From Carcharhinus longimanus (taxonomy: Eukaryota): a stretch of DNA of 64,000 nucleotides. The notes under the pieces are model-generated. The model was not told the DNA's origin. It ran no database searches and was given only the letters and a program-made list of their open reading frames with translations. The position numbers were made by a program, and so were the translations under genes. The stretch's first letter is position 1; each line of letters begins with the position of its first letter. The stretch spans positions 99,001,445-99,065,444 of the forward strand of contig JASCQW010000027.1 in assembly GCA_030264375.1 (NCBI GenBank), written 5' to 3'. Positions 51,700 to 64,000 of the stretch are shown in pieces.

Positions 51700-51930
51700 C
51701 AAGACTTTCACCATCATTCCTTTTGTCATTGTATCTCTCCTGGCATTCACTCTACCACAGGTCCTTGTCCTTTGCTCTTACTTCACCTCCTCCTCTTTCC
51801 CTGCCTGACTTAAAAACTTCTACATTTCTAAATTCTCAGTTCTATATTGCATCACCAACCTAAAACATGAACTCTTTCTCTTTCCACACTTGCTGCAAGG
51901 CATGCTGAGCATTTCTAGCATTTTCCTTTT
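51700..51930 (+). mobile_element. Penelope-type 3' terminus
   Basis: Pyrimidine-rich lead-in followed by the same terminal family as 22708-22830. Confidence 0.5.
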
Positions 51931-51952
51931 TTTAAAATCCACCTTTCCACAC

Positions 51953-52233
51953 AGGGAGGCATGTGCTGTGAAACAATGGTTAGTGTTGCTGCCTCATAAC
52001 TCCAATTCCGGCCTCAGGTGACAGCCTATGTGGAGCCGCATGATTTCCCTGTGTCTGCATGGGTTTCTTCCGGGTGCTCCGATTTTCTGCTACAGTTCAA
52101 AGATGTGCAGGTTTGCCCAGGGGCATCAACAGGGTAAATACATGCCGCTGGATAGAGTCTGATTGGGATTGCTTTTGGTGCAGGCTCAATGGGCAGAATG
52201 GCCTCCTTCTGCACTGTAGGGATTCTATGATTC
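51953..52233 (+). mobile_element. V-SINE (HE1-like)
   Basis: gggtttcttccgggtgctcc core; ggcctccttctgcactgtagggattctatgattcta tail. Confidence 0.88.
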
Positions 52234-52429
52234 TAGATGAAAAGTCCTTGAGGCTACTCGGGCCATGGCAGGGTGAACAGATTCCATCTATGCTTTCTTG
52301 CAGCATATCATATAATAAACAATGAAAACNNNNNNNNNNNNNNNNNNNNNNNNNNNNNNNNNNNNNNNNNNNNNNNNNNNNNNNNNNNNNNNNNNNNNNN
52401 NNNNNNNNNNNNNNNNNNNNNNNNNNNNN

Positions 52430-52675
52430 AACTTCTTCACTCAAAGGGTGGTGAATCTCTGGAATTCTCTGCCCGTTGAAGTGATGGAGGCTGCCTCGCT
52501 AAATATATTTAAGACACGGGTAGATAGGTTTTTGATAGACAGGGGAATTAAGGGTTATGGGGAGAAAGTGGGAAAATGGAACTGATCCACTTCAGATCAG
52601 CCATGATCTTACTGAATGGCACGGCAGGCTCGAAGGACTAGATGGCCTACTCCTGCTCCTATTTCTTATGTTCTT
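52430..52675 (+). mobile_element. CR1 3' end
   Basis: NFFTQRVVNLWNSLP and tail ggcctactcctgctcctatttcttatgttct. Confidence 0.92.
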
Positions 52676-53959
52676 GTCACCCAACTGAGCTGAATAAATC
52701 GAAGTGATAAAATTCATCGTAATCTTAGGAGTCAGCATCCAAGGAGTTTCATTACATGGTAAAATTGCATTTTTTATATTACCTTAATTATAATAAACAG
52801 GTATTTAGATTGTTTTTCTCACTACTTAAAATTGACTTTCCAAATATTTTCTTTAGTGTTGGATATGTAACATATCTAATTTCCTATGGTAGAATTATGG
52901 TTATATTACTGTATTCATAACCCTGGCTGTTGGGGAATTTAATTTCAGTTAGTTAACCCAAATGATTTTACATAATCCATAATCAGAATGTATTCAAAAG
53001 CATTCAGGCTTGCAATAACTTTGAGGAATAATTTTAGGTGTTTCTTTGTCCTTCCCGTGTTTATATTTGCAGGGTCAGTGCCATTATTACATGCATTTCA
53101 TTTTGGTGTAAATAAAAGCAAAATCCTCAAAGACACAAGTATAATTAAACATTACATTCAACATGCAAAACAACGTAACCTTATTCAAGGTTTAGCACAA
53201 CAAACATGTCCCAACGTAGCAACAATAACAAAAGGCATTCAAGCTAATCTTGTAGCTTTATCGTCTTGTATAATAGCATCCATATTGTTTACATGGCAGC
53301 TTTGACCAAAAGCTAACTACCAAAGATATAGTCTACCTTTTCCCTGTCATCTATTTGTATTTCTGCACAGAGTGAAATATAGAACTAGTTGTATACACTC
53401 TCGTCCTTTCCAAACTTCAACTAGCTCGGAGGAAATCTTGCATCTTACACAAGTTAAATTATCAACAATGCATGTTTGGCATTGAAACACGCATATGGCT
53501 CAATAAAAATCAGGTGGGAAGATTCTTATAAAAAAATTGTACCTCCATTATTTATGACTTGCTAGAGAAATCACAAGCAATGCATGACTGATTTTTCAGA
53601 ATGCAACCTGAATAAAGTCAGGGAGAAAAACTAGCATTTTCCTTTAAAGAATTGAACCCCACTTTACTCCAAAACAAATATTTGACATACTAACTTTTCT
53701 GCCCTCCCCATTCCTTCCAAAGACTCAAATAACTAAAATAAGTTTAGAATAGGTAGTTTTTAATACGCAATCTTCGCTGGAATTCCCTCAACAAGCAACA
53801 ATTGTTCCATGTGATTTTCCTTCCAAACAAAACATATTGCAGGTCTTCAGGATTTGCTTGTTCAAGTGAGTAAGCATCAGTTTCACTGAAAATGAAGCAA
53901 CAAGAAAGAAGCTTGTGTCCCAGAATCAACTGGAATTTTACAATGTCAGCTATTAATAG

Positions 53960-54310
53960 GTGGAGCTCAAAAATCTAGACCAACACTCCAGTGCGGTTTT
54001 AGGGAAGTATTGCGAAAGAGACATTTAGCCCAAGTCATGCTGATTCTCTCAAGTGGGCTTAAAAGATTCTATGGCATATTTTGAGGATCAGGGGAGTTCT
54101 CCAGTTCGCAATTTTTGTCCTTCAATCAACATCACAGAAAAAATATTGATCATCTTATCATTAGTACATTGCAGTTTTGGGGCATTGCCTCTGTGCAAAG
54201 TTGCTGCTGCATTTCCTACATTATAGCACTAACTAAAATTCTGAATTACGTCATTTGCTATAAGATGCTTTAGGCCATCCTAAAGACATTATATAAATGT
54301 ATGGTTTTCT
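53960..54310 (+). mobile_element. DeuSINE (SacSINE1-like)
   Basis: aaaagattctatggcatatttt...ggggagttctcc...ttgctgctgcatttcctacatta...atataaatg. Confidence 0.75.
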
Positions 54311-54317
54311 TCCATTT

Positions 54318-54657
54318 TGTACTGTGTTTATAAAAGCCATGCCAGCACCTTAAGGCCACGACTGCTCAGCCCTATAAACAATCAAAATTACTAGTTGGTG
54401 CTGAGTTAACTGTGGTATAAAAGGTTAATAGATGGGATATGTGAATGTATGACAGATGCAAACTATTCAAGACTGACAGCCACATTATATGAGAAATCTT
54501 GGCTTTCTAATTAGAATTTTGTAACCTGTTTACATGTGGTACTGATAAACAAGTGTTAAGCAGACCCCAGAACATAGCGACAGTCTATCTACCTACTAAC
54601 CAAGTACCACACCGAGAAGTCAAAACGGAAGGACCATTTCAGAACATGGTGGCGGCA
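54318..54657 (+). mobile_element. Putative Gypsy 5' LTR (TG...CA, ~54318-54646) and primer-binding site
   Basis: aaca|TGGTGGCGGCA at 54647-54657, ~120 nt upstream of gag; the LTR start is a guess. Confidence 0.6.
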
Positions 54658-54777
54658 ATTAAGACATCAATGCAAAAAAAAACATCAGTGTTATCGACGG
54701 GACCACAGCGCGAGGAAAACTTTGAAAGCAGTTCATACAAAAATTAACGGAATGAGGCAGCACACTGAAGTGAGGTA

Positions 54778-56420
54778 ATGATGACCGTACCTGTTGAGTA
54801 GTCCCCTACCCTTGCCCCGCCTGTTTGACTTCCTTGGGGCCTGCAGAGGCGCCAGCAGGAGTTATGGAAGTGTCATTTTCTCCGATACCAAGCAGCAGCA
54901 GGCCTTCATGAAAAGGAGCAAAAGCTTCAAGTCAGTTCCTTTCTTTATGCGACAGGTCCAGTAGCAGACAACGTTCTCCTAAGGCAGGGGGTGCAGGAGT
55001 CCACTGCAGGCTTTAAGTCCATTCTTAAAGCCTTTGTCATTTATTTCAGGCAAAGTATGTTTTAATCAGCGTTCACAACCACCGAGGGAAAAATTGAATT
55101 ATTTCTCACCAATCTATATCATGAGCAAGTTCTTGGGCACTGAAGGATGAGCTAATCAATAATCGCATAGTTTTGTGTTTCCAGGATGAAAAGCTCTCCA
55201 ACTTCTGGCAGACAAATGATGATATTACTTTGGATGAAGTGGTACACTATGCGAGTCAGGCAGAGCTTAGAGCGTTTAACTAGTGCAAATCAGTGTGATC
55301 TTGAGACTTCACATGACTCAACTGACTGTGTAGGTCCAAAGGCAGTGGCCCCACCCCAACCACAAGAAATTTTGCCAAACCAAGCAAAAGGATAGGAAAC
55401 TCCATGCTGGCATGCCACTTTGAGATGCTTGGATTGTGAGGCAAAAACTCATCATAGACACCACAACTGCCAAGCCAGGGTGCAGAATGCTTCAAGTGTA
55501 GCAAAACTGGACAATTCAAGCAATTCTGCAAATCCAACTATTTTAATCGAAATCAATGAAGCATTTATGAAACAAAGAAGTGTAAAGTCAAGAAAAATGA
55601 GAATCACAGAACCTTTACAGTGCAGAACGAAGCCATTCAGCCCATCAGTCTGCATTTGCTATCTGAAAGAGCATTCCACGTAGTCCCACTTCTCCACCTT
55701 ATTGCTGGAAGCTTGCATAGATATCTATTCAATTTCCTTTCGAATAGCTCGACTGAATCTAACTTCACCACCCTCTCAAAGTTTGTTCCAGCCTCCAAAC
55801 ACCCTCTGTGTGAAAAGAAACTTCTCACGTCTCTTTTATCAATTATGTTGAATCTGTGCCCTCTAGCTCTTGATGCTCGCAAGTATGAACAGTTTCCCAC
55901 TATTTAGCTTAGCCACACCCCTCAGGATCTTGAGCACCTCCATCACATCTCCTCTCACCCTTCTTTTCACTAAGGAACTATGTTCCAAATTCTCCGTTCT
56001 ATCTTCATAGCTACAGTTCTTTATCCCTGGAATTGTTCTTGTGAACTTCTTCTGTACTCTCTCCAATGCCTTCACATTCTTACTCATGCATGACGCCCAG
56101 AACTGGTCACACTATTCCAGATTAAAAGTCTTGGTACAGATTATTTATTGGTCAGTTAAAGTGCAAGTTCAATGCTTTAATACTACCCTTAATGATGATA
56201 CTGGTAAAGTTATTACTAGTAGCATATGAGCAAATGACCTTGGCTGGCTTCAGCCAATGACCTCTTCATTCATCAGACATCAAATAAGGTCAAAGCAGCA
56301 GATACCTTCCAAACAAAGGCAGGATTAGTAGCTTGTTTCTTTTAGCAACAAGGAATGACGGATCATTGATTTTATGTTCTGCACAATGTTGGAATCCTAG
56401 AAAAAAAAATAGATGATGCC
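54778..56420 (+). mobile_element. Gypsy LTR retrotransposon gag and aspartic protease relic, interrupted by CR1
   Basis: WKCHFLRYQAAAGLHEKEQKLQVSSFLYATG; FNQRSQ; LKDELINNRIV...LSNFWQTNDDITLDEV; double zinc knuckle CLDC..H....C / CFKCSKTGQFKQFCKS; protease WSVKVQV...DTG (56197-56205). Confidence 0.88.
55600..56120 (-). mobile_element. CR1 3' fragment nested in the Gypsy relic
   Basis: KNVKALERVQKKFTRTIPG; agaatcacagaa tail. Confidence 0.9.
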
Positions 56421-57731
56421 CATCATTTGAACGACTCACTGTCTTCGACAATCTTCAATCTTTTGTTTAGAAGTAGTGGGAATTCAGCTTTCAGAAGCAA
56501 GTTCCTTTCTTTCACAGAGACACCATTAGAGACCAGGGAGGAGATGGAAGATATAAATCTCTCATCTCTTCAGGAAATAAGGTCAGAGGTGGTGAATGTA
56601 GAAAGTACTGCAGCAGATGATGACTATCCCCATGAACACCTGTTGGACCTGAACTCGTTCTTCCTACAAAGTGATAGGGAACAATTACTTGTTGTACTGA
56701 GTGATCTTTAAGAGGTTGAGATCCAAAGGGCTGATTTACCTTTCTGGTTGACATACACACCAAATAAAGTTTCTCTTGTCTTTTTAGAACAGTTAGCTGT
56801 GTTGGTCATGGCTGGGCAGCATTCAGATCTTTATTGCCTNNNNNNNNNNNNNNNNNNNNNNNNNNNNNNNNNNNNNNNNNNNNNNNNNNNNNNNNNNNNN
56901 NNNNNNNNNNNNNNNNNNNNNNNNNNNNNNNNNNNNNNNGCTGGGCAGCATTCAGATCTTTATTGCCTAGCCTATTTCCTGTTGTCTTGCCTGAATCCAG
57001 GTCACAGTCCATCGAGGATGACACTGCTAAAGAGCTGGTAACTTCCATGGTGAAAGTCAAATGACACCCATACTTCGTTCGCTGAAAGTCTTCTTCCCTC
57101 CATAGCTGAAGGTCAACACAGATCCTAAGGCAGAATCTTCACCACTTTTAAAGCTGCAAATTTCTGTACAATAACTTTGTCCCACAGTCTACAGCAAATT
57201 CATCTAATCGTCATTGCCTACAGAAAGTAGCCAGTCATCCTGAAATATCATCCAGAAATCTTAAAGGAACTTAGATGATTCAGGAAAAAACTTGCTAAGT
57301 TCAATGAGATCTTGGATCTCAATGCTTTTTCAGTCATCGATACAGCAGTGGATGACACAGCAATGAAAGTCTTCCCTGGAGTTGAAAATCATTCAACTTC
57401 TGAAGCCCTTTCTCAGCGTGTTTTGAGGAACAAGTTCCTCAGAGTTTTCTCAGTTCTTCTCTTCTAATTCCAGGAGGGCCAAAGATTGATTCCCTTCTAA
57501 TTTTGGGGTGTTGAGGTTGAGCGTCTTCAATCTTCACTCCTGGATCCATCTTTTGTGAAAACTTTTTCATTGTCCTTGTAGTCGAGTCATCCTGCAGCCT
57601 ACAATCTGCTTCTCAACAATGCTGCTAAAGTAATGCCCCATGCTGCAGATGATATCCAAATAGATGCAAAAGAAAGTCGTCATGTCTTCAAGACATCTTT
57701 CCCAAGGGCTAAGAACACTGTGGAAAATTAA
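56421..57731 (+). pseudogene. Decayed ~400-codon ORF of unknown origin fused downstream of the Gypsy protease
   Basis: One plus-strand frame has only 9 internal stops over ~410 codons (hand count) and protein-like composition; no plus-strand RT, RNase H or integrase motifs. Confidence 0.55.
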
Positions 57732-58009
57732 TCCTTCAGGATTGTCGTTTGACGAGGGGAAGAATAGGAGTTGGGTGGCATCTGTAGCAGTAAAGTTATA
57801 GAAATGCAACGTAAATAGTTAAGAACATAGTTTTGTGTTGTTGTNNNNNNNNNNNNNNNNNNNNNNNNNNNNNNNNNNNNNNNNNNNNNNNNNNNNNNNN
57901 NNNNNNNNNNNNNNNNNNNNNNNNNNNNNNNNNNNNNNNNNNNNNNNNNNNNNNNNNNNNNNNNNNNNNNNNNNNNNNNNNNNNNNNNNNNNNNNNNNNN
58001 NNNNNNNNN

Positions 58010-58125
58010 ATCGGGGGATTTGTAGGGTAAATATGTGAGTGTATGGGGATAGAGCCTGGGTGGGATTGTGGTAGGTGCAGGCTCAATGGGCCGAATGGCC
58101 TCCTTCTGCACTATAGAGATTCTAG
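58010..58125 (+). mobile_element. V-SINE tail after a gap
   Basis: gggattgtggtaggtgcaggctcaatgggccgaatggcctccttctgcact. Confidence 0.85.
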
Positions 58126-59124
58126 ATGATGCATCACTGACATCAGTCTGTCATGTGCTCGACTCTGAAGAGAGAGGTTGGAAATGTGCTGAGGGGCAAT
58201 GAATTTCCTTTAACTTGTCTGGGTGTAGTCTAACAAAGAAGTATTAAACAGAAATCAGAGTAGTCTACAAACCAAGTCCCACACCGAGAGTCCAAGATAC
58301 AAAACCATATCTCAGAACATCAAGGAAAGAAATTAGCCAAAACTTCTATTCCTGATCTGTACATACCGTTCCCTACTGGAATGGTGTGTGAATAGAATCA
58401 AACTACCAGTTAAATAGTTTGTAAACATTTACCATCAAGCCTCACACAATAACAGTCATCATTTGGGTGAGATACTTGAAACTATTTCCTATCAAGGAAA
58501 CAACATCTTTAGAAGAATCAACAAAAACTAAGCCAAGGCATTCTGCAAGTCTACCCTGTTGAAAAAGCATCAGCAGAAAACTTCATTACTAACTCAATGT
58601 TATCTAAGAAGTGCACGCTAACTGAAAAGCTACTTCCCGCTTTAACAGTTTTGACATTAACTAATTGTTTCTCACTGCTCTTATCTTCATGCCTAATGCC
58701 TCTGCACTCGGCTCTGAAATTTATTACATGGCAGGGGAAAAAGAAAATCAAAATCATCCCCTACAATATTTTCACAAGAATAATTTCCAGGAAATTTTGC
58801 TGATTTGTTCTAACAATATTTTTTAAGTATGATTATTGAAAATTACTTAAAATGACTATTCCCCTTAAGTAAACAAAATTGTCTTTTCACATCGATTTGA
58901 TGGGTGTTTCAAATAGAAAATTAGAATTTCACTAGAATACAATCAATAGTAAAGTGATACAAACTAAACTTTTGAAGCTAACCTCGACCGAACAGTTTGA
59001 GGCTATTTTATATCAATGTGGATTTACCACAAGTTTCTGCACCAATTACTTCTATAGTTTAAAAAAGATGAAGTGCAACATTGTCATATCGCTTGAAAGA
59101 TGACCAAGAACATCTCAAAGGGAA

Positions 59125-60200
59125 AAAAATTCATCAATAGGATTTGGGTGTCTGTGGTTAAGCCAGCATTTATTACCCTCTCCGAACTGCCCTCAAGAAG
59201 GTGGTGATGAGCCACCTTCTTGGACTGAAGCAATCCATTGGGTTTACGTACAATCACAGCTCTGTTGAGGAGTCCCCGGGTTTTGATCCAGCAACAGGGG
59301 AGGGAAAGTGATATATTTCCAAGTCAGGATGGTGAGTGACTTAGCGGGGAACTCGCAGATAGTGATGTTTCCATAGTCAACTACGCTTGTCTTCTAACTG
59401 ATAATGGTTGTGGGTTTGGAAGGTGCTAAGCATCTATGGTGAAATGCTGGAGTGCATCTTGTAGATGGTACACACTGCTGCTGCTGTGTTTCAATGGTGT
59501 AGTGAGTGAATGTTTAAGGATGGGTTGCTTTGCCCTGTATTTATACTGTCAATACAGAACTGTGAAGATTTTACAATTAAATTTAAAACGTAAGCAAGCT
59601 TGCTGTCTTTTCTTATGCACTTTATAAGTTGTTATACACAAAAGTAAAACATTTACCAAATGGGTGAAAAGGTTTTACAAGCTCAGGGAACAGCCAGTTC
59701 CTTTAATTAATTAAATCAGTCCAGTGTCACTCCCTCACATAACTCGACAATCACAGGGGCATAATCATCAGGTTCTTCACAAAAATCCAACGTGGTTAAA
59801 TGAGCTTCAATTTTTTCCTTCTTCTTGAGTGTTGTTAGATCTGCACTCATCCAGGCAAGTGGAAAATACTCCATCACACTCCTGACTTGTGCCTTGTCAA
59901 TGCTGAATAGGCTTTGGGGAGTCAGGTGCCCAAATTGTTTGCCACACAATTCCTAGGCTCTGATCAGGTCTTAGAGCCACAATGTTTATCTGGCTGATCC
60001 AGTTCAGTTTCTGGTGAATCACAACCCCATGGATGTTAATAGCGGGGGCTTCAGCAATGGTAATGTCACTGCATGTCAAGGGGCGATGGTTAGATTTCGT
60101 TGTTGGAGATTGTCATTGCATGGCTTGACTAAGCATTTGTCAACCAAATCCTGCATATTGTTAGACCTTCTCGCATTTGGACAGGGAGTGCTTCAATTTC
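59125..60200 (-). mobile_element. CR1/L2-group LINE fragments (about 59125-59520 and 59790-60200)
   Basis: LTPQSLFSIDKAQVRSVMEYFPLAWMSA; INIHGVVIHQKLNWISQIN; ccagcatttatt tail. Confidence 0.75.
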
Positions 60201-61152
60201 CAAGCAGACATAATGAAACCACCTTGAAACAAATTCATGATAGCATCTTTTTGATTTGTTTAAATGGTCTATCAAAGCGTATGACATTTAAATTTAGAAG
60301 CTTGGCCATATATTCATTTGAGAGTTGCTTTTGTTTCGAAAGTCATTTACAACTACCATGAAAACAGGTTAACTACACGAAAGTTACAATAAAAATATTT
60401 AACAGAGTTATTTGTAGAAGGCATACCACTTTCAGCAAGTGTGTTTCACAAATTGGTGTTTTTCAAAATTCAAATAAATCAACATTTTGTTTCATGTCAT
60501 GTCTACCAGAAAATTGGCTGAACTGTCTGAACTACTTTTAGTATTCAAAACATTGGAGTGAAAGACACTGCATTATACAGGTTTGCTGCAAAATATCAAA
60601 ACCTGACCCCAAAACTGAGAGACCAGCATTCCTACAGCAAAAGCAACCGAGCAAGATTTGCCCAAGGAACATTTCCAAGATATTTCTCTGTTTTCTCAGA
60701 ATAATGCTGTTCTTATTGTTAGGGTTAATACCTGTAGATAATTCCCTCACTGAAAGATAAATGAACAAGCACAGAAATTAACAACAAGTGAAAAGGTAAA
60801 GCAATCAAATCACTTATGTGGACAGGGTAAGATCATGGCATCCTCTTCAGTTCTTTAAGAATTTTGATCTTTTCAGTAATAAACCTTCAATTTCAATACG
60901 GTATTCACACTTGGTCTGCACTGAGATAGATAAATGCACATATGGTTGAAAAATAGAAGACTCTTTGGCTTACTCATGATTGTCATCAATTTCAATGCTC
61001 AACAAAATCAAGTTCCACTCACAGTGATGCAACATTTTAGAACTGTTTGGCAGGCTACGGAGAGAAAACCAATTATTTTTGGACTCATCATACAAATGGA
61101 TTCAATAAGGATAGCACACTTTATGCTAGAGCTCCTCCTTCTAATGTCAAAT

Positions 61153-61430
61153 GGAGCAGCATGGTTAGCACCGCTGCTTCACAGCAGCACAGACCCAGAT
61201 TCGATCCCCGTCTTGGATCGCTGTCTGTGCGGAATCTGCACATACCCCTATGTCTGCGTAGATTTCTTCCAGATGCTCTGGATTTCCCCCATAGTTCGGA
61301 AGACACGCTGGTTAGGGGCACTGACCATGCTAATTTCTCCCTCTGTGTACCCGAATAGGTGCTGGACTGTGGCGACTGGGAGATTTTCATAGTAACTTCA
61401 TTGCAGCATAAGCCTACTTGTAACATTAAA
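61153..61430 (+). mobile_element. V-SINE with type B tail
   Basis: SINE head and core, then gattttcatagtaacttcattgcag...aagcctacttgtaaca. Confidence 0.88.
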
Positions 61431-62252
61431 TTTTTTTTTTAAAATGCACCTAGACAGTCAGTTCTCTTCAGGATTAAGAGTGAAAAAGTTAAGTGTTGGT
61501 AGTTAAGAAAGTGTTGATTTTTTAAAATCGAAGCACTGCCACAACTGGATTGTGATAACGCACCTTGAAAGACAACCATGAAACATGCCAACTTTCCAGG
61601 TCTGGAGCAATAGCCCCTGGATAAGGTCCTGAACTTGTGGAAGTTTTTTTTAAATTAAAGTTAGAGGGTTAATCACCCTTTGTTGGAACATGTTTAGGTG
61701 GAGAGAAATCTAGCCCGTTGTTATAGAAGTACAATTTATTTAAGTCTTTCTCCCANNNNNNNNNNNNNNNNNNNNNNNNNNNNNGGGCTCCATGACAGTT
61801 CACTGCGAAGGGAGAACAACATCAAGATCGAGGGAAACTTTTATCATGAGATGTTGTTTCAGATTCCAAATGGATATATTCAGTAGTTAAAAGGTAGCTT
61901 TTTATTAAGTGCAAATTGCGATACTAATTTCTAATTTTGGAAATAGCTGTATATTCATTACTGAATCAGAAAATCCGAGAATAAAATTCCACTGTTGGTG
62001 AAAATCAATGTTAGAGGCTGTGATAAACATGACAGGCAATAAATACACCATGGAGATTTTTATATTGGATAAAATATATAGTCTCTGTCACCTGCACTCA
62101 TATTTCTCATTCAGTGAAATGCCTCTACATACTCACAATTTCACTTTGCCAGTGCAATCAACCAATAGCAAGAATGATTTTGCATTTTCTGGTCATGCTT
62201 ACAAATTAAATCGCCCATTATCGGTATGCTTCAGATAAATTGAAATACTTAC

Positions 62253-62414
62253 CAGGCATAGATGGAGCTGTTGCCCGGTGCCCATTGCTGTTTACTGTTC
62301 CTTCATATGCAACAGTTACATCATACACTGCATCAAGGTGGTCTCTCATTGTGTTAATGGCTACTCTTGTTGCCTTTACACGTGGTGACATTGCATGTCT
62401 CAACTCTGGAAGTC
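62253..62414 (-). CDS. AGPAT5: AGPAT5 third-from-last coding exon; upstream exons lie beyond 64000
   Basis: GLPELRHAMSPRVKATRVAINTMRDHLDAVYDVTVAYEGTVNSNGHRATAPSMP; 162 nt; CAG acceptor (AG at 62415-62416), GTAAGT donor; phase 1/1. Confidence 0.97.
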
Positions 62415-64000
62415 CTGGAAGTCAGTGGAAGAAAAAATTACAAATGGAAAATGTGAACAAACAAATTGTGTCTTAAACAATGAAGTAAAATACATGTTAA
62501 AATATTAATACCGCCCAGCTGTGGAATTAAATCGACAGCTGATGTTAATCGCAATTCCTCATTTGACACACTTCGAGTTAAATATCAAAATCTACATTAT
62601 ATTTAGGAAAAATTGTTTAATATGAAGCATAACTGACTTTGGAAGTGGTATCACAAAGAAATGCAAAAGACCAACAAAATGGTAATTAAACATAAACCTT
62701 TTTGGCCAGCACTGTTTGAATTTGTTGTGTAAAAGTTTTACTTGAACAATTCTGAATTTGGTTAGCAAAACAAAGGGTTTCAGTTCTTATTCATATCCAT
62801 TGTCAAAAAACAATGCAACATTTAACTTAATTTCCAAGCATCCACATTTCAACATTCTCATTAAACACTTTTAACCCAAATTCATTCTTGGGCAATTCCG
62901 AGAGATCTAGAATGAATTACTTCCATTCTGACAGGATGGGTTCTGAGGTGACTGATAAGTCTATTGCGCAATCTGCAGGCTCTGCTATATGTCGGTAGCT
63001 GATGCATGAAGGGCCAGCTCCATTTTGGTTGGTTGCCAGCCAGGGGCTTCCATGAATTGAGGGGAACATTTGACTTCTTTCAGGGATGCTTTGAGGACAT
63101 TCCTGAAACATTTCCATTGTTTTCCCAGAAGTCCCCAGCCGCAACAGAATTCGGAGTCGAGTAGTTGCTTTAGAAGTCTTATTACTGGAATGACAGCGTA
63201 TGAAATGCATCCTCATCTCATTCAGGAATGGGTTATTGTCTCTTTATTATATAGTTATGAGAGATCAAAACTAATTATATTTTATCAACCATCTGTGGAG
63301 ACTTGTACATCATTTTTCAAACAAAATTATGAAACAACTTAAAGCAGTGCCACCCCAAACATTTCAGGTTTATGTTCATTGTTGTGCTGGCCTTTGCCTC
63401 ACTGTTCAATGTTTCCAGAGAAAACAATGTTTCACATTAAATTCGTGATCCCAAGAGCTGTGATGGAGGTCAAGTGGCAGGATCTGAAATTTCTAACAGA
63501 AGGACACTGAAGATTTAAATATTTTAAATTTCAAAATGCCAGCACTTATGCCATAACATTCTATTATAATAATGGATATAGACATGACGATAAACAATAT
63601 TTCTTATATCTCCACTGGGGCAATGATCAATTTTATGAAGAACTATAAAGTTCGGTTTCTTCTGAAAATATCTTACGCTAACTTAAAACAGATTTTCTTA
63701 ATACTTGCACCAGAGGAGTAATTATAATTCCTGAAATCAGCTTAAATTTGCTGTACTGTCACATCATCAAGCAATATTATATACTTTGCCTCAAGTCTGC
63801 ACATTCCTGTCAACTTATTCCCCATTTTAAATAAACACATGCATATTTATAAGGAAACTGCCTATTTAAAACTGGTCTGGCTGCAATTACACTCTTATTC
63901 CAATGAAGTGAAAATAATTAAAACATGACAAGTTTATACAGATGGTCTTGAAATATCTTGCCAAATTGCACCTAAAATACCACATAGTTGGAGTACAGTA

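Noticed and set aside
56811-56968. 29-bp direct repeat flanking a 100-N gap
   Set aside because: Typical unmerged contig overlap, not a biological repeat.
56600-57135. Minus-strand LRICVDL (~57110-57130), DLDSG, TLFGVY and PFG, resembling an inverted Gypsy RT
   Set aside because: Spacings are too long, there is no YxDD, and the motifs fall in different frames, while the plus frame has more coding-like composition. Not fully excluded; it is the main alternative to the top finding.
57080-57400. Minus-strand resemblance to a hAT transposase C-terminus (LKVVKIL...LTFSYG)
   Set aside because: Needs several frame jumps and reads as the antisense shadow of the plus-strand ORF.

Overview
Eukaryotic DNA from a cartilaginous fish, most likely a shark (inferred from HE1/V-SINE, CR1/HER1-type LINE, DeuSINE and Penelope-like repeats). 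It is a draft assembly with 14 N gaps. The minus strand carries the last three coding exons of AGPAT5 (62253-62414, 25297-25420, 20702-20927; 36.8 kb and 4.4 kb introns) with a ~1.9 kb 3' UTR. Downstream in the same orientation is the first coding exon of a TMEM14-family gene, probably TMEM14A (812-887). Most of the rest is transposon debris. Most notable: (1) a Gypsy LTR relic in the large AGPAT5 intron in which LTR-PBS-gag-protease runs in frame into a ~400-codon decayed ORF with no recognisable RT, possibly a captured viral gene; (2) U2 snRNA 5' fragments joined to a 5'-truncated Tx1-clade LINE; (3) an 88-bp, ~91% identical inverted repeat; (4) several decayed hammerhead-ribozyme motifs at Penelope-type termini. 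All calls were made by eye from sequence and translation, no searches were run, and repeat boundaries are approximate.
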